Shown here: piece after piece, positions 61,281-64,000 of the stretch
Layout: every line of letters begins with the position of its first letter
Numbering within the stretch: the stretch's first letter is position 1
Origin: Chrysomallon squamiferum
Taxonomy: Eukaryota; Animalia; Mollusca
Direction of reading: 5' to 3'
NCBI GenBank assembly: GCA_012295275.1
Contig: CM022675.1
Coordinates: 1,364,001-1,428,000 of the forward strand
DNA: 64,000 nt
The notes under the pieces: generated by a model
Told to the model about the DNA's origin: nothing
The model's input: only the letters and a program-made list of their open reading frames with translations
Databases searched by the model: none
Translations under genes and position numbers: made by a program

Positions 61281-62380
61281 ACATTTCAATATATTTAACG
61301 AGTCACCCTCCTCAATACGTTTTAAGTCTGCATATCTGAAATGAGCTGTCAGACTAGTACAAGAAAACAAAACACATCAAATTAGTTTGCTACAAGCTTT
61401 ATTCAAATTATTGCGGATATAAAGAAGAAAAAAAAAAACAAGAAAAAATAGGTTAATTAATATATTGCAGTTATCACCAAACGTAAAGCAAATGTAAAAT
61501 AAAATAATAATACTTAAAAAAACACAAAAAAAAAACACAGTAACAAACAAACAAATTAAATGTAATATATTTAGTAAATTTTAGTAGAAAAAAGCAAAAA
61601 CAAATAAATAATAAAGACGAAAAAAACAAACAATGAAAAGTGTTATAGGTAAGTAAGTAATTAAATAAATAAATAAATATATAAATAAATAAATAAATGA
61701 TAAATAAAACTATGATGGATGCCAATAAAGCAAAACAAGACAAAAAGGAAGACTCCGAATAAATACATAAACAATTATTTAAGGCAACCCAAACCATTGT
61801 AAAAGCATCATAAAATCAGTTTAATATTTTCAGTTACTACGCAGTAGCATGATCAATAAAAATTCCAACACCAAGAACTAACTTTAGGTGCATTTCGAAA
61901 TGTTCTGATTTACGGCTGATTTTTCATTTATGTCACAGATAACCTTTAACGTATTAATTTTTTTTTTTATTTAGGTATATTAATATGTTTCAATACTAAA
62001 TGTTATATATGTACATGAAATATAAGAGGAAGGAGGAAGAAAAACAACAACAACAAAAAAACAATAAACAAACAAACATGAAAAACCCAAATAAAACAAA
62101 GAGACAAAGACTAAAACAAAATCTGAACATTACAAACTTGTGTCCAATGTCATAGAAGTAATAATGTATATATTTTTAAAATTACCGTAAACCAAACAAA
62201 TTAAGCTGTAGAAAGCAAACCGGCGAGCAAATAAATAAATAAATCAATAAATAAAGAAAAAAAGAAATTAATACATAAAATAAATAAAATCAAAAAATAA
62301 AACGAATAAAAGTAATTGTAATAATAACAATAATACTTTAAAAAGAAAGCAATTAAAACAAAAAATTAATAATAATAACA

Positions 62381-62428
<48 letters not shown>

Positions 62429-62632
62429 TCAAGAAATGAGAATAAAGTAAGAAATGAAAATAAAAACAGAATAATTATGAAAGCGTTATAATATTAGGCA
62501 AATCTTCTAAAGCAGAAATAACTTTAATAAAATGTTATGTAAAATTCAAAACAGTTTCCAACTTCAGTTTGCTACTGAAATGTGAAATATTTGTCAGGGT
62601 AACTAAATGTGATGTTTGTTGACATCTTCCTT

Positions 62633-63988
62633 TTACTGAAGGGACTTTTTCTTCCTCAGGCAGACGATCACCACAATCCCAATGACAAGTGAGAAGAGGA
62701 TCACCATGACAACACAGAGAACAATCAGAATCGTGGTGTTGATATCAACTTGATCAGATCCTTGCTGTTCACCTAGAATGAAGTAAGATTTTAAATATCT
62801 TTTCTTTCTTGCAACTAATATATATTAAAGAAAATCTGCATTTAACTGTTGATTTAATCTGACAAAACTAATCACAAATATGAGTTCAGTTAAATAAATG
62901 AAATTAATGCTATAGATCTAACATAAACTCACTTGATGTTTGATCTTCAACCATCACGTCCAGAACAGTAAATGTCTTTCTGACAAGTTCATCAATCGTT
63001 TCAGCCGATCTTCTTTTTCTTCCAAACCCTTTCTTGCCATTGCAGTCCACCTGACATTGAAAATTTCTGTGTAAAATTTTTAACTCAAAATATAATGTAA
63101 TTGTTCCATTTTTTATTCTATAGAAAAAGTTAACTGTGTCTCTTTGTTGAAAGATGAAATACAGAATGTATGACTACTTGACAAAAAGAAATATTAATAA
63201 TAACAATGAAAATTAAAAACTATAACAACACCCAAACAAAAAGTAAATTTAAAAGATCAAATAAAAAAGAATAAAACAAACAACAACGACAGAAATGTTA
63301 AAACTTACTGGGTCACAGAGAGATTTTTGATCTGGAGGACAAACTTTGACAGAACATTCTGTAGAGACTGCATTGTTTTTGTTAAAGGTGAAAGCTTTCA
63401 ACTTGAATGTGACGTTGTTTCCTGACCTTTCAGGCTCCTGTATCATCAGTTTACCAATCTCAGACGATGGACAGCTGAATAAAGAAACAATACTATCCAG
63501 TAATCACAACCAAATATAATTTTTCTTTAATTCTTTGACTACCATTAAAATATCAGTGCTGTAAAGCCGTGTTGTGTAATTAAAACTTTCTGAGAGGTTG
63601 TCAAATTGTTGACTGAATTGTTAGTTACAAATTAATGATCTACTTTTTTCTTCAGAATAAACTGACAACACTTTCAGCTGTTCGACTGCAGACACCGCTT
63701 GCTCAGAAATTATTATGACATTTTGAAGAAAAAATATTCCTCAGAAATACTGAATCCCTACCCGATAAAAAAACAAAAAAACAAAAAACAAACAAAAAAA
63801 ACAACAAAACAAAATCCATTAAAACTCGCCTCCCAAAACCCCTCAAATTTAGGTGTTCCAAGAAATAAATGCACTAAAGGGTAAAAATTACCTATTTTCA
63901 ATGATTTTCAAAGTTTCACTATCTTCTCCGGTTTTCTGATTATCAGCAGTGCATGATTCTACTCTGAGAGTGCCTGCTTCAGGCTGTG
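62633..63988 (-). CDS. ZP (zona pellucida)-domain transmembrane protein, last four exons (5' part lies outside the window)
   Basis: Exons 63988-63892 (LRVESCTADN..LKIIENS), 63474-63309 (CP..FKLKAFTF..ECSVKVC..LCDP), 63050-62933 (VDC..FGRKRRS furin site; hydrophobic patch VLDVMV), 62772-62633 (TM ILIVLCVVMVILFSLVIGIVVIVCL, RKKKSLQ*). All phases match. Confidence 0.88.
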
Positions 63989-64000
63989 CTGTAAATATAT

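Overview
AT-rich, microsatellite-laden eukaryotic (animal, probably gastropod mollusc; inferred from gene content and repeat style) genomic window. Most long ORFs in the supplied track are simple-repeat artefacts. By following GT-AG splice sites and exon phases by hand I reconstruct eight protein-coding genes. In order: (1) a ~2110-aa type I membrane protein with a FAMeT-like domain, ~7 cadherin repeats, a mucin repeat, a SEA-like domain, a TM helix and a long acidic tail (minus); (2) a 117-aa secreted BRICHOS-like protein (minus); (3) ACBD5 (minus); (4) a secreted PAN/apple + hemopexin-like protein (plus); (5) ATP6V1F (plus); (6) a ~119-aa single-pass glycoprotein (plus); (7) a 99-aa neuropeptide precursor ending in AFGPWR-G-KR (minus); (8) the 3' end of a ZP-domain membrane protein (minus). 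Also present: TIR-bounded non-autonomous DNA elements, a decayed tRNA-SINE and many minisatellites, several of which are amplified copies of exon-intron junctions. Small indels in three genes, including conserved ACBD5 and ATP6V1F, suggest consensus errors in the assembly. No databases were searched; family calls come from motif recognition.
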